This document shows, piece by piece, positions 9,812-19,806 of a stretch of 64,000 nt of DNA. Numbering within the stretch: the first letter of the stretch is position 1; the number at the start of each line of letters is the position of its first letter. The translations under genes were made by a program, and so were the position numbers. The stretch spans positions 462,936 through 526,935 of the forward strand of contig CP011212.1 of NCBI GenBank assembly GCA_001029715.1, written 5' to 3'. The stretch is from a candidate division TM6 bacterium GW2011_GWF2_28_16. GTDB lineage: Bacteria > Patescibacteriota > Microgenomatia > UBA1400 > PJMF01. The notes below the pieces were generated by a model. That model was not told the origin of the DNA, did not search any database, and worked only from the letters and a program-made list of their open reading frames with translations.

Positions 9812-10731
9812 AAAATCACGTTTCAATTATTACTGTTAATTATAACACTCCTGAGGACACCAAGGCCACTATTCAGTCTTTAGCTGACATTGCTCACAAT
9901 GGGTTTGATTATCGCGTGATCGTTGTTGATAATGGTTCTAAAGAGCCCTTGAGTTTTAATAAGGTCTTCCTTAAGAACAACCCTAAAGTTGATTTATTAC
10001 GTAGCGAGAGCAACCTTGGTTTTTCAGGTGGCAATAACCTGGGTATTCAACATGCCATTGATCATTATGATAGTGATTATTATTTATTGCTTAATTCAGA
10101 CACGATTGTTACGAAAGATTTTTTGCAAGAGCTCGTCAAAATGATGAAGTCTGATCCTAGAATTGGATTGGCTGCTTCTAAAGTCTATTTTCATAGGGGT
10201 TATGAATATTTTGAAAATTCTTACACTGAAGCAGAAAAGCATCATGTTCTCTGGTATGTGGGTGGCAGAATTGATTGGACAAATTTATTGTCTTATCACA
10301 TTGGTATTGACGAAGTTGATCGTGGACATTTTAACAACGAGACTGAAACCGATTATGCCACTGGTTGTGTAATGATGATCAGTAGAGAAGTAATTGAAAG
10401 AGTTGGTCGCTTAGATGATCGTTTTTTCCTTTATAGCGAAGATGTTGATTTTAGTCTGCGCGTTCGTGAGGCTGGTCTCAAAGTGATGTATTGCCCAAGT
10501 TCAGTCATTTATCATAAAATCGGTCGTTCTACTGGAGGGGCTGGTTCTCCATTGCAGCAATATTACCAGACCAGAAATCGTTTATTTCTTACATTTAGAC
10601 ACGCTCCAATGCGTAGCAAGTTGACGGCTTTACATTTGATTTTTGACATTTTACGCAGAGGAAATAAGAGTGAACGTAAAGCTATCCTTGATTTAGTTCT
10701 TGGTCGCATGGGTAAACAGGCTTTTATTTAA
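9808..10731 (+). CDS. GT2 glycosyltransferase, WbbL/rhamnosyltransferase-like
   Basis: The sequence runs SIITVNYNTPEDT ... VVDNGSKE ... GFSGGNNLG ... and DXD-type motifs are present. Its ATGA start overlaps the stop of the previous gene. Confidence 0.55.
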   Translation: MKNHVSIITVNYNTPEDTKATIQSLADIAHNGFDYRVIVVDNGSKEPLSFNKVFLKNNPKVDLLRSESNLGFSGGNNLGIQHAIDHYDSDYYLLLNSDTIVTKDFLQELVKMMKSDPRIGLAASKVYFHRGYEYFENSYTEAEKHHVLWYVGGRIDWTNLLSYHIGIDEVDRGHFNNETETDYATGCVMMISREVIERVGRLDDRFFLYSEDVDFSLRVREAGLKVMYCPSSVIYHKIGRSTGGAGSPLQQYYQTRNRLFLTFRHAPMRSKLTALHLIFDILRRGNKSERKAILDLVLGRMGKQAFI

Positions 10732-10735
10732 AAAT

Positions 10736-11563
10736 ATGAAATCAAATATTACTGCTTTAGTGATTGCTAAGAACGAAGAAAAAATGCTTCAAGCTTGTCT
10801 TGAGACTCTTTCTTTTTGTCAAAAAATTATTGTTTTAGATGATGGCTCTACTGATCAGACAGCCAGCATCGCTGAAAACTACAATTGTCAGGTAATCAGT
10901 TTTGCTCACGATTCTTTCTCTAAGCTACGTGAAAAAGCTCGTGATCTTGTGGAAACGGACTGGCTTTTTTATGTAGATGCTGACGAAAGAGTCACTCCTG
11001 CTCTTGCTAAAGAGATTCTTTTACATATAGAGAAAAATGATTGCCAAGTGATGACCATACATCGTCAAAATGTTTGTTATGGTAAGAAATTTGCTTTTGG
11101 TGGCTGGCAAGATGATTTTGTGACTAGAGTTTTTAAGAAAGAAAATCTACTTTCTTGGCAAGGAGAAATCCATGAAAGCCCAATTTTTAAAGGTCTTAAT
11201 TTAACCTTGCAACATGAGCTAGTTCACTTAACTCATCGTAGTACGCAAGACAATCTTCGTAAAAGCGCTGAGTGGACGATTAAAGAAGCTACGGCTCTAG
11301 CAGATGCTTCAGTTAAAAAAGTGAATCTTGTCGTCATTCTGCGCAAAGGTATGATGGAATTTTATCGCCGAGCCATTAAGCATCAAGGCTATAAAGATGG
11401 CATGGCAGGGATTGTAGAAGCCTTAGTCCAAGGTATTAATCGCATGATTGTTTATATTCAAGTTTGGGAGTTACAACAAAAACCTTCCATTAAAAATAAT
11501 TACGAAAAAGAAGAGGAAGAAATTAAGAATCTTTGGCGCAAAGAAGGCAAGATTGAGTTATGA
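10736..11563 (+). CDS. GT2 glycosyltransferase, WaaE/KdtX-like paralog
   Basis: The N-terminus reads MKSNITALVIAKNEEKMLQACLETL ... IIVLDDGSTDQTASIAE. The ORF track starts at 10700, but the first ATG, at 10736 and just after the upstream stop, is the likelier start. Confidence 0.55.
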   Translation: MKSNITALVIAKNEEKMLQACLETLSFCQKIIVLDDGSTDQTASIAENYNCQVISFAHDSFSKLREKARDLVETDWLFYVDADERVTPALAKEILLHIEKNDCQVMTIHRQNVCYGKKFAFGGWQDDFVTRVFKKENLLSWQGEIHESPIFKGLNLTLQHELVHLTHRSTQDNLRKSAEWTIKEATALADASVKKVNLVVILRKGMMEFYRRAIKHQGYKDGMAGIVEALVQGINRMIVYIQVWELQQKPSIKNNYEKEEEEIKNLWRKEGKIEL

Positions 11564-12675
11564 AAATTGCTCTTTATTCCCCTTATTTACCTAAACATAC
11601 CGGCGGCGGCGAAAAATATCTTTTTGATTGCGCCAAAATTTTGCAAGAAGAAGGCTTGGATGTTTCGATTGCGATAAGTTCGGAAAAGGCTTTGTCTGAT
11701 TTAGAGATAGCAGAGACCAGAAAAAAATACGAGAATTTTCTTAATTATTCGCTAGAAGGCATAAATTTTATTGCCTCGCCACTTTTTACTGGAGCTAGTT
11801 TTTTAAAGAAACTTTTGTGGACGGCTAAATTTGATGTTTTGTATTATCAAACTGATGGTAGTTTATTTTTCTCTTTAGCCAAAAGAAATATTTTACATAT
11901 TCAGATTCCTCTTAAATTAGATAAGTCATCTTTCTTAGAAAAAATGAAATTGGCCAATTGGCAAATTAAAAACACCAATTCTGAATTCACTAAAAAATAC
12001 ATCGAAAGATTTTGGCAAACTAAAATTGATTTTATACATCAGCCATACGTTAATGCGGAAGAACTTAGTTCTCCAAATAATTGGCAAGATAAAAAAGAAA
12101 AGATTATTCTTTCTGTGGGTAGATTTTTTTGTCAATTGCACAGCAAACGCCAAGATATTTTAATTAACTTTTTTAAAGATTTAGTCGCTTTGGATCCGCA
12201 AGTTTTGAAAGATTGGAGATTGGTGCTAGTGGGTAAAAAAGAAGATCCGGCTTTTGCAGAAAAGGTAGCTGGTTTGGTTGGCGACTTGAAGGTAGAGATC
12301 ATCCACGACGCCAATCGTTTAGAATTAGTAAAACTTTATCAACAAGCTAGTATTTATTGGCATGCTTCAGGATTTGAAATAAATGAAGAAGCAGAACCAG
12401 AAAAAGTTGAACATTTTGGTATTTCTACTTTGGAAGCAATGGCTGCTAGAGCAGTTCCAATTGTGATCAATAAGGGCGGTCAAAAAGAAATTTTAGGTGA
12501 AAATTTATCCTTCTTTTTGTGGGATGATGAAGAAACTTGCCTTAGAAAAACTTTAGATTTGATTAAAGATCAAATAAAAAGAGAAAATTTTGCAGAGCTA
12601 GCTCATCAACGAAGCCTGCTTTTTTCAAAAGAGAAATTTAGAGATATTTTGTTAACCATGATAGGAAAAAAATGA
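11560..12675 (+). CDS. GT4 (GT-B) glycosyltransferase
   Basis: 371 aa. The C-terminal EX7E region reads EHFGISTLEAMAARAVPIV. Confidence 0.6.
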   Translation: MKIALYSPYLPKHTGGGEKYLFDCAKILQEEGLDVSIAISSEKALSDLEIAETRKKYENFLNYSLEGINFIASPLFTGASFLKKLLWTAKFDVLYYQTDGSLFFSLAKRNILHIQIPLKLDKSSFLEKMKLANWQIKNTNSEFTKKYIERFWQTKIDFIHQPYVNAEELSSPNNWQDKKEKIILSVGRFFCQLHSKRQDILINFFKDLVALDPQVLKDWRLVLVGKKEDPAFAEKVAGLVGDLKVEIIHDANRLELVKLYQQASIYWHASGFEINEEAEPEKVEHFGISTLEAMAARAVPIVINKGGQKEILGENLSFFLWDDEETCLRKTLDLIKDQIKRENFAELAHQRSLLFSKEKFRDILLTMIGKK

Positions 12676-13529
12676 AAAATGTTTCAATCGTCATCCCAAG
12701 TTATAAGGGAGTCCATCTTTATGAAAAAAATTTGCAGTCAGTTTTAGATTGCATGAGAGACAAGGACGAATTAGTCGTAGTTGATGACGCCAGTGGCCCA
12801 GAAGATGATACCATCAGCTGGTTTGAGAAAAAATTCAATATTAAGCTTACTTCAGCAAGTCCTGTTGAGGGCACAGATCTTTTTTTAGGTGAATACAAAA
12901 CAGCGGATAAAACACTGCGCATTGTGTTGCTAGTTAATCAGAGCAATCAACGTTTTGGGGCTTCTTCCAATCGTGGTTTTGCTGCTTCCAAATATGATTT
13001 AGTTTTCTTAATTAACAATGATGTTGCTCCATATAAAGATTGTTTAAAATATTTAATTCCACATTTTGAGAATGAAAATGTTTTTGCAGTTGGATGCCTA
13101 GAACATGAAAAGCATGTCAATGAAATTGGGGGACGTAATAAATTATGGTTTGAAAGAGGCATGTTTTTGCATAGTCGCTATAAAGATTTATCCGCTGGAG
13201 AAACAGCTTGGGCGAGTGGCGGTAGTGCCATGTTCAGGAAGTCTATTTTTGAAAAGATTGGAGGTTTTGATAAACTTTATTACCCAGCTTATTGGGAAGA
13301 CATTGATCTTTCTTTTCAAGCTCGCAAGCTTGGTTATTCGGTTCTTTTTGAGCCAAGAGCTGAAGTTGACCACAATCACGAGACGACCAATAAATCAGTT
13401 TTTGGTGAGAAAAAAATGCGCGACATGAGTTGGAACAATGCCAAGAAGTTTACCTGGAAAAATGCTAATCTTTGGCAAAAAATCAGTTTCTTACTGTGGC
13501 AACCATATTGGTTTATTAAAATGCGTTAG
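12672..13529 (+). CDS. GT2 glycosyltransferase
   Basis: The sequence runs VSIVIPSYKGVHLYEKNL ... VVVDDASGPEDD ... FGASSNRGFAAS ... LINNDV ... and GT-A DXD-type motifs are present. Confidence 0.5.
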   Translation: MKNVSIVIPSYKGVHLYEKNLQSVLDCMRDKDELVVVDDASGPEDDTISWFEKKFNIKLTSASPVEGTDLFLGEYKTADKTLRIVLLVNQSNQRFGASSNRGFAASKYDLVFLINNDVAPYKDCLKYLIPHFENENVFAVGCLEHEKHVNEIGGRNKLWFERGMFLHSRYKDLSAGETAWASGGSAMFRKSIFEKIGGFDKLYYPAYWEDIDLSFQARKLGYSVLFEPRAEVDHNHETTNKSVFGEKKMRDMSWNNAKKFTWKNANLWQKISFLLWQPYWFIKMR

Positions 13530-13534
13530 TTAGA

Positions 13535-15046
13535 ATGTTAAAAAAAATTTGGCCTCTATTTCTAATTTTACTCTTAGCTTTTGTACTAAGATTTTACAAA
13601 TTGGCGGAAGTGCCCCATGGCATGGCTTGGGATGAGGTGGCCATTGCTTATAATGGCTTTGCAATTTTCAATACCAGAAGAGATGAATGGCTACAAAAAT
13701 TGCCAATTACTTTTCGTTCTTTTGGTGATTACAAAGCTCCTTTTGCCATCTACGAAAGTGGTATTTTTACGGCGCTTTTTGGTATGAATCTTTGGGCGGT
13801 CAGATTGCCTTTTGCCATTTATGGCGTTTTGGCGGTTTTAGCTACTTATTTGCTATTTAAAGAATTGTTCTATAAGCATGAAAATAGAGAAAAATGGGCG
13901 CTTTTAGCTGCCTTCATCTTAGCTACTTCTCCTTGGCATATTCATTATTCTCGCATGGCTTTTGAATCTGGAATTTCCCTGAGCATGATGGTCTGGGCGC
14001 TATATTTCTTCTATCGTTACTTACGTTTAGAAAAAAATAGCAACTTATTTTTAAGTGTTATTTTGGCGGTGGCAACAATCTATGCCTATCACAGCAGTAA
14101 AGTCACCGTACCACTTTTGTTTCTATTTTTACTTTTAACTAATTTGTCTTTTTTCAAAAAGAAAATTAAGGATCTAATTATTGCTGCAATCATGACCCTA
14201 GCACTTTTGGCTCCATTTCTGTGGGATGCCTTTATGGCGAACGGTCTGGCTCGAGCATCTTCAACTATTTTTTCTCAGGGCTACGATTTTTTTGAATTAA
14301 TTAAAAATATACTGAGTAATTTCTTGAGTTATTTTTCACTAGATTATTTAATTTTTGGTAAGAACATGGGCAATTTTAGACATGGCGATGGTAAATTTGG
14401 AATCATAGAACCAGTTTCTCTAGCATTAATCATTACTTATTTATTTTCCAAAAAACAAGAAAAAAATCTTTTTTCATTATCGCTTATAATGATTTTCCTT
14501 GGTTTATTGCCTGCAGTTATTTCTCAAGGACAAAGTAGTAGCTTGCGTAGTTTTTTGGCTTTACCAGGAGTAATTCTTTTGGTGATTCTGGCCATTGAAC
14601 AAATTTTTAATAAATTAAAAAATAAAAAAAAACTCTTTTTAATCATTTTAGTAAGCCTCTATTTATTTATTTTAGGAGCTTATCAAAAAAATTATTATCA
14701 AAATTATAAACAGAGAAATAATGACGATTTTATGGACGGTTATTTAGAGACCATGACTTATCTGCGTAATTTAGATCGTTCCAATATTAAGCAAATTGTT
14801 TTTACTAATGATTACCAGCAGGCTTACATTTATACTCTTTTTGCTTTTGAAGTGAACCCTATTGCTTATCAGGGCGGAATTCTTAATTTATTCTTTTTTA
14901 CAGATAAGGTTGACGCTAGCGATTTGGCTAAAGAAAACACTATTGTTGTAGCTAGTAAGTTCGACAATATGGGTGATCGCCAAGCAGACAAGGTTATTAA
15001 GGGTAGCGATGGTCAGGGCAGATTTTTTATCTACTTACCGCTATAA
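13535..15046 (+). CDS. GT-C-fold membrane glycosyltransferase, GT39/PMT/ArnT-like
   Basis: 503 aa. After the N-terminal TM comes LRFYKL and the loop-1 motif AWDEVAIAYNG (DE motif). RSFGDYKAPF is conserved with the 1109..2782 paralog, which has ESFGDYKASF. Confidence 0.6.
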   Translation: MLKKIWPLFLILLLAFVLRFYKLAEVPHGMAWDEVAIAYNGFAIFNTRRDEWLQKLPITFRSFGDYKAPFAIYESGIFTALFGMNLWAVRLPFAIYGVLAVLATYLLFKELFYKHENREKWALLAAFILATSPWHIHYSRMAFESGISLSMMVWALYFFYRYLRLEKNSNLFLSVILAVATIYAYHSSKVTVPLLFLFLLLTNLSFFKKKIKDLIIAAIMTLALLAPFLWDAFMANGLARASSTIFSQGYDFFELIKNILSNFLSYFSLDYLIFGKNMGNFRHGDGKFGIIEPVSLALIITYLFSKKQEKNLFSLSLIMIFLGLLPAVISQGQSSSLRSFLALPGVILLVILAIEQIFNKLKNKKKLFLIILVSLYLFILGAYQKNYYQNYKQRNNDDFMDGYLETMTYLRNLDRSNIKQIVFTNDYQQAYIYTLFAFEVNPIAYQGGILNLFFFTDKVDASDLAKENTIVVASKFDNMGDRQADKVIKGSDGQGRFFIYLPL

Positions 15047-15054
15047 TAGATCTC

Positions 15055-16785
15055 ATGGACAAAGAATTAGCACTTAAAGAAATTTTAGAGAAAACTCTTA
15101 GTGATCTTGGTTTAAACGTTTCCATTAAATTAGAAAAGCCAGCTGATGAGAAATTTGGTGATTTATCAAGTAATTTAGCGATGTCAGCCTATGAACAAGT
15201 CAAAGAAGAATTTAATTCTCCAAGAGATTTTGCCCTTAGTTTAGTTCAAAAAATTAAAGCAAACGATCTAGCAAAAATTATTGAAGAGATCAGTGTTGCT
15301 GGCCCAGGCTTTATTAATTTTAAATTAAATGACAGTTATCTTTTAGAAAATCTCAAGCAAATCATTCAAAATAAAAATCTTGAACTAAAGAATTTTGGTC
15401 AAGGCAAAAAAGCCATTGTCGAATATTCTTCACCAAACATTGCCAAACCTTTCACCATTGGTCATTTACGCTCTACCATTATTGGTGACAGCGTAGCCAA
15501 TTTATTAGAGGCCAGCGGTCATGAAGTTTTTAGAGATAATCATTTGGGAGATTGGGGTACTCAATTCGGTAAACAAATTGTAGCTATTAAAAAATGGGGC
15601 AATGAAGAAGAAATTAGTCAGTCAGCTAATCCAGTCGAAAAATTAGTAGCTCTTTACGTCAAGTTTCATGAGGAGGCAGAAAAAAATCCGGAATTAGAAG
15701 ATGAAGCCAGAGCTTGGTTTAAAAAACTTGAAAATGGCGATGAAGAAGCTCGTGCTCTTTGGCAGAAATGCATTGACTGGTCATTTATAGAATTCGCTAA
15801 AATTTATCAGGCTCTAGGAGTAAGTTTCACTGAAAATAATGGCCGTGGCTATGGAGAATCTTTTTTTGAAGAAATGCTTCAGCCACTAATTGAAGAACTC
15901 AAAAAACAAGGTATCGCTAAAACAGGTGAAGAAGGCGCAGTGCTAATTTTTTATCCAAATGATGAATTATCTCCTCTCATGATTGCTAAAAAAGACGGTA
16001 GCACTCTTTACGCCACTAGAGATTTGGCGACTGATAAATGGCGCAGGGAAAATCCTCTTTATCAGAATGCAGACGGCAGTGCTCCTTTAGTTATCAATGA
16101 AGTTGGCGGTGAACAAACATTCTATTTCCAACAAATTTATAGAGCCGAAGAACTTTTGGGCTGGTATGAAAAGGGCCAAAGAGTTCATGTCAAACACGGA
16201 CTTTATCGTTTCAAAGAGGGAAAAATGTCAACTCGTAAGGGTAACGTTATTTGGCTCGAAGAAGTTCTCAATAAAGCTAAAGAAAAAGCCATGGCCTTCA
16301 CCAAAGATGAAGCCATTGCAGAAACCGTTAGCATCGCCGCTCTAAAATGGAATGACCTAAAAAGAAAATCAGAAATTAATATTAATTTTGATTGGGAAGA
16401 AATTATTAATCTCCAAGGTAATTCTGGACCTTATATGCTCTATGCCTATGCGAGAGCCAAAAGCATTTTGCGTAAAGCTAGTGAAAATGAAACAAAGCAA
16501 AACGAATCCTCTAATTTTGAAATTAGTCCTTTAGAAAAATCATTGCTTAGTTCTTTGGATGAATTTTCCAAAGTAGTCGCTCGTAGTGCTAGTGAATTTT
16601 CGCCTCATTACTTATGTACCTATTTGTTCGACTTAGCACAGCTTTTTAATAGTTTTTACAATAAATACCCCATCTTGAACAGCTCACTAGAGCGTCAATT
16701 CCGTCTTCAATTAGTTGAGGCGGTATCAATTACCCTGAGTAAAGGTCTTGCTTTGCTTGGGATTAAAACTTTAGAAAAAATGTAA
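15055..16785 (+). CDS. argS: arginyl-tRNA synthetase
   Basis: 576 aa with a class I HIGH-region variant (PFTIGHLRSTIIGD) and a KMSTRKG motif (KMSKS). The C-terminal anticodon-binding (DALR-type) region is present. Confidence 0.9.
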   Translation: MDKELALKEILEKTLSDLGLNVSIKLEKPADEKFGDLSSNLAMSAYEQVKEEFNSPRDFALSLVQKIKANDLAKIIEEISVAGPGFINFKLNDSYLLENLKQIIQNKNLELKNFGQGKKAIVEYSSPNIAKPFTIGHLRSTIIGDSVANLLEASGHEVFRDNHLGDWGTQFGKQIVAIKKWGNEEEISQSANPVEKLVALYVKFHEEAEKNPELEDEARAWFKKLENGDEEARALWQKCIDWSFIEFAKIYQALGVSFTENNGRGYGESFFEEMLQPLIEELKKQGIAKTGEEGAVLIFYPNDELSPLMIAKKDGSTLYATRDLATDKWRRENPLYQNADGSAPLVINEVGGEQTFYFQQIYRAEELLGWYEKGQRVHVKHGLYRFKEGKMSTRKGNVIWLEEVLNKAKEKAMAFTKDEAIAETVSIAALKWNDLKRKSEININFDWEEIINLQGNSGPYMLYAYARAKSILRKASENETKQNESSNFEISPLEKSLLSSLDEFSKVVARSASEFSPHYLCTYLFDLAQLFNSFYNKYPILNSSLERQFRLQLVEAVSITLSKGLALLGIKTLEKM

Positions 16786-16807
16786 GCGATTAGGATATAA
16801 TAAAAAT

Positions 16808-17584
16808 ATGCTCTCAGTGGTTTTGGCTACTCACAATGAAGAAAAGAATCTCGCTAAATGTTTAGAATCAGTTAAGGGTTTGGCCGACGAAATTATTGTC
16901 GTTGATGGAGATTCAACTGATCAAACTAGAAAAATTGCCGAAAGCTTTGGGGCTAAGGTTTTCCAAACCACTAATAAACAAAATTTTCACATTAATAAAC
17001 AAATGGCAATGGATAAGGCTAAAGAAAAATTGGTTTTACAGTTAGACGCTGATGAATTAGTTGACGAGGAACTCAGAGAGTTTATTAAAAAATTAGAAAA
17101 CTCCATTCAAAATAAAGAAAAGATTGAAGCAGTGGCTTGGTGGATTAGACGCAAGAATTTTTTCTGTGGGCGCTTTTTGAGTAAAGGTGGTCAATATCCA
17201 GATCCAGTCATTCGTCTTTACGTTAATGGTAAAGCTCATTTGCCTGCCAAAGATGTTCACGAGCAAATGGAGGCTGATGGCGAAACTGCTTACGCTGAAG
17301 GACACTTACTTCATTACAGTAATCCCACTTTTGCTGATTATCTACATAAATTTGAGACCTACACTTCTTTTAAAGCTAAACAGTTAAAAGAAGCAAATAC
17401 TAAGGTAAATCCAATTACTTTTTTGAATTTTGTTTTGCTTAAACCGATTATTACTTTTTTCATGATTTACCTTCGCCATAAAGGTTTTGTCGATGGTTGG
17501 CAAGGATTCGTTTTTGCTTTTTACAGCGGTCTTCATCACGCAGTAGCTTATTTAAAATTTTTAAAGATCAAATATGCCAATTAA
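16808..17584 (+). CDS. GT2 glycosyltransferase, WaaE/KdtX-like paralog
   Basis: The N-terminus reads LSVVLATHNEEKNLAKCLESVKGLADEIIVVDGDSTDQTRKIAE. It is the third member of this subfamily in the window. Confidence 0.55.
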   Translation: MLSVVLATHNEEKNLAKCLESVKGLADEIIVVDGDSTDQTRKIAESFGAKVFQTTNKQNFHINKQMAMDKAKEKLVLQLDADELVDEELREFIKKLENSIQNKEKIEAVAWWIRRKNFFCGRFLSKGGQYPDPVIRLYVNGKAHLPAKDVHEQMEADGETAYAEGHLLHYSNPTFADYLHKFETYTSFKAKQLKEANTKVNPITFLNFVLLKPIITFFMIYLRHKGFVDGWQGFVFAFYSGLHHAVAYLKFLKIKYAN

Positions 17585-18626
17585 AGTTTTAATAGACGAT
17601 TCACCAATGACAGATGGCAATGCCATCAGAGGAGTAGGGGCTTACACTAGATTTTTAGCTCAGTTTTTGAAGAAAGATAAAAATATTGATCTTGCTCTAG
17701 CAAGAGAAAAAAGAACTGATTTTAAGGCAGAAATTATTCATTATCCTTTTTTTGACCTCTTCTTTTCTACTCTACCCTTGATCAAAAGAACTAGAACTAT
17801 AGTGACTATTCATGACGTCATTCCTTTACTTTATCCAAAACATTATTTAGTTGGTAAAAAGGGAATTTTAGCTCTTATCAGACAGAAATTAGCTTTGCGC
17901 AATGTTGACGCAGTTATTACAGATTCAGAAAATTCTAAAACAGATATTGCCAAATACCTCAGATTTCCTTTGGAAAAAATTCAGGTTATCTATTTGGCTC
18001 CTAATCCAGAGTTAGAACTTGCCAGTCAACAAGAAATTGCTAGTGTGATTAGAAAATATAAACTCCCCAAAAAATATATACTTTATGTTGGCGATATTAA
18101 TTACAATAAAAATATTCCGCAATTAATTAAGACCATTAAGTTTTTGCCCAAAGATATTAAATTGGTTTGTGTCGGTAAAAATTTCCGCCCACAAAATATT
18201 CCTGAATGGCAAGCCATTGAAACACAACTAGCTTTGAGCAATGTTGTGGAGAGAGTTAAATTTCTAACAGATATTAGTGGCGAAGGAAGTGCTGATTTAG
18301 CCGCTATTTATAGTGGCGCTCTAGCTTATGTTCAGCCTTCTTTTTATGAAGGTTTTGGCTTGCCAGTTTTAGAAGCCATGACTTGCCAAACTCCAGTTAT
18401 CTGTGCCAATAACTCTTCCTTACCAGAGGTTGCTCTTAATAAGGCCATTATGGTTGAAGAGGCAAAAGCTGAGAACTTTGCTCTTGCTGTGGAAGAAATT
18501 TTGGCTTGGAATAAAACTGAAAGAGAAAATTTTATTAAATTAGCAGCTGCCCATGCTAAGAAATTTACCTGGCTCAAGACTGCCAAAGCTACTGCCGCTG
18601 TTTACAAAGAAGTTTTGAAAAAATGA
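17574..18626 (+). CDS. GT4 (GT-B) glycosyltransferase
   Basis: The C-terminal motif reads EGFGLPVLEAMTCQTPVICANNSSLPEV. Confidence 0.6.
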   Translation: MPIKVLIDDSPMTDGNAIRGVGAYTRFLAQFLKKDKNIDLALAREKRTDFKAEIIHYPFFDLFFSTLPLIKRTRTIVTIHDVIPLLYPKHYLVGKKGILALIRQKLALRNVDAVITDSENSKTDIAKYLRFPLEKIQVIYLAPNPELELASQQEIASVIRKYKLPKKYILYVGDINYNKNIPQLIKTIKFLPKDIKLVCVGKNFRPQNIPEWQAIETQLALSNVVERVKFLTDISGEGSADLAAIYSGALAYVQPSFYEGFGLPVLEAMTCQTPVICANNSSLPEVALNKAIMVEEAKAENFALAVEEILAWNKTERENFIKLAAAHAKKFTWLKTAKATAAVYKEVLKK

Positions 18627-19777
18627 AGACCAAAGAAGTTCTAAGAATTCTTAATCTATTTATTTTTTGGGTACTTTTTTTAAGTCTAATTATTATTTTG
18701 GCTGATAAAGTTCTGCCTTACAAACCAAGCTTTCCTTATTTCAAAGAATTGCCAAAATATGGTTTGCCAAAATATTTAAGTAGTCTTGCGAACTTTGACG
18801 GAGTGCATTATCTAACCATTGCTAGGAAAGGCTATATCGGAACTGATTTTATTCAAGCTTTTTTTCCTCTTTATCCGCTTTCAATGAGATTAGCAAATAA
18901 CATTATTCAAAACTATTTACTTAGTGGTGTAGTGCTTAGTCATTTATTTGCTTTGTTTAGTTTTTACAGTTTTTATTATTTAGTTAAGATGGATCATGAT
19001 AAAAAGACTGCTTGGTTAGCACTAATCATTTTTGCGACTTTTATTAGCAGTTTCTATTTAAGAAGTCTCTACAATGAGTCGCTCTTTTTAACACTCATTT
19101 TTTCTAGTTTTATTGCTACTCGTAAGAAAAAATATTTATTGGCTGGAGTTTTAGGTGGTTTAGCCAGTGCGACTAGAATTGTGGGGATTTTTATTTTTCC
19201 AAGTTTATTACTTTTGATTTTTCTCCATGATCGAAAAAAATGGCATGCTTACTTTGCAGTAGCTATCCCAAGCATACTAGGGCTTTTGATTTATATGATT
19301 TACCTTAAGTGGCAGTTTGGCGATTATCTTTACTTCTTTCATGTTCAAGAAAAATTTGGGGCTAGCCGTCAAACTCAATTAGTTCTTTACCCTCAAGTAA
19401 TTTATCGTTATTTCAAAATCTTTATGACCGTAAGACCGATTGATCTGAAATATTATGCCTATGTACAAGAGTTTTTAGTTTCTTTATTTGCTTTGGGAGT
19501 CCTAGTTGCGGCCAGTTTGAAAAATTTTTTCAAAAAAAATAAAAACAAAATAGACTGGTCTTATCTGTTATTTGCTTTTTTAGCCTATTTTTTACCACCT
19601 TTGACTGGTAATTTTTCTAGCATGCCACGCTATGTTTTAGCCTGTTTTCCTTTATTCATTTATTTAGCCGTCTTTCTAGAGAAAAGAAAGCAACTTAAAT
19701 TTATCTACCTGACAATTAGCCTGATTTTCCTTATAATCAACTTAATTCTCTTCACAGAGGGATATTGGGTAGCTTGA
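18623..19777 (+). CDS. GT-C membrane mannosyltransferase-like protein, PIG-V/Mannos_trans_2/DUF2029-like
   Basis: 384 aa and polytopic. The N-terminal luminal-side motif is FDGVHYLTIARKGY ... AFFPLYPL, which matches the hallmark WDxxxYxxIAxxGY ... AFFPLYP of PIG-V-type mannosyltransferases as far as I recall it. Confidence 0.45.
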   Translation: MKTKEVLRILNLFIFWVLFLSLIIILADKVLPYKPSFPYFKELPKYGLPKYLSSLANFDGVHYLTIARKGYIGTDFIQAFFPLYPLSMRLANNIIQNYLLSGVVLSHLFALFSFYSFYYLVKMDHDKKTAWLALIIFATFISSFYLRSLYNESLFLTLIFSSFIATRKKKYLLAGVLGGLASATRIVGIFIFPSLLLLIFLHDRKKWHAYFAVAIPSILGLLIYMIYLKWQFGDYLYFFHVQEKFGASRQTQLVLYPQVIYRYFKIFMTVRPIDLKYYAYVQEFLVSLFALGVLVAASLKNFFKKNKNKIDWSYLLFAFLAYFLPPLTGNFSSMPRYVLACFPLFIYLAVFLEKRKQLKFIYLTISLIFLIINLILFTEGYWVA

Positions 19778-19806
19778 AAATAGATTAAAAATAGAAAGGT
19801 TCGCTC

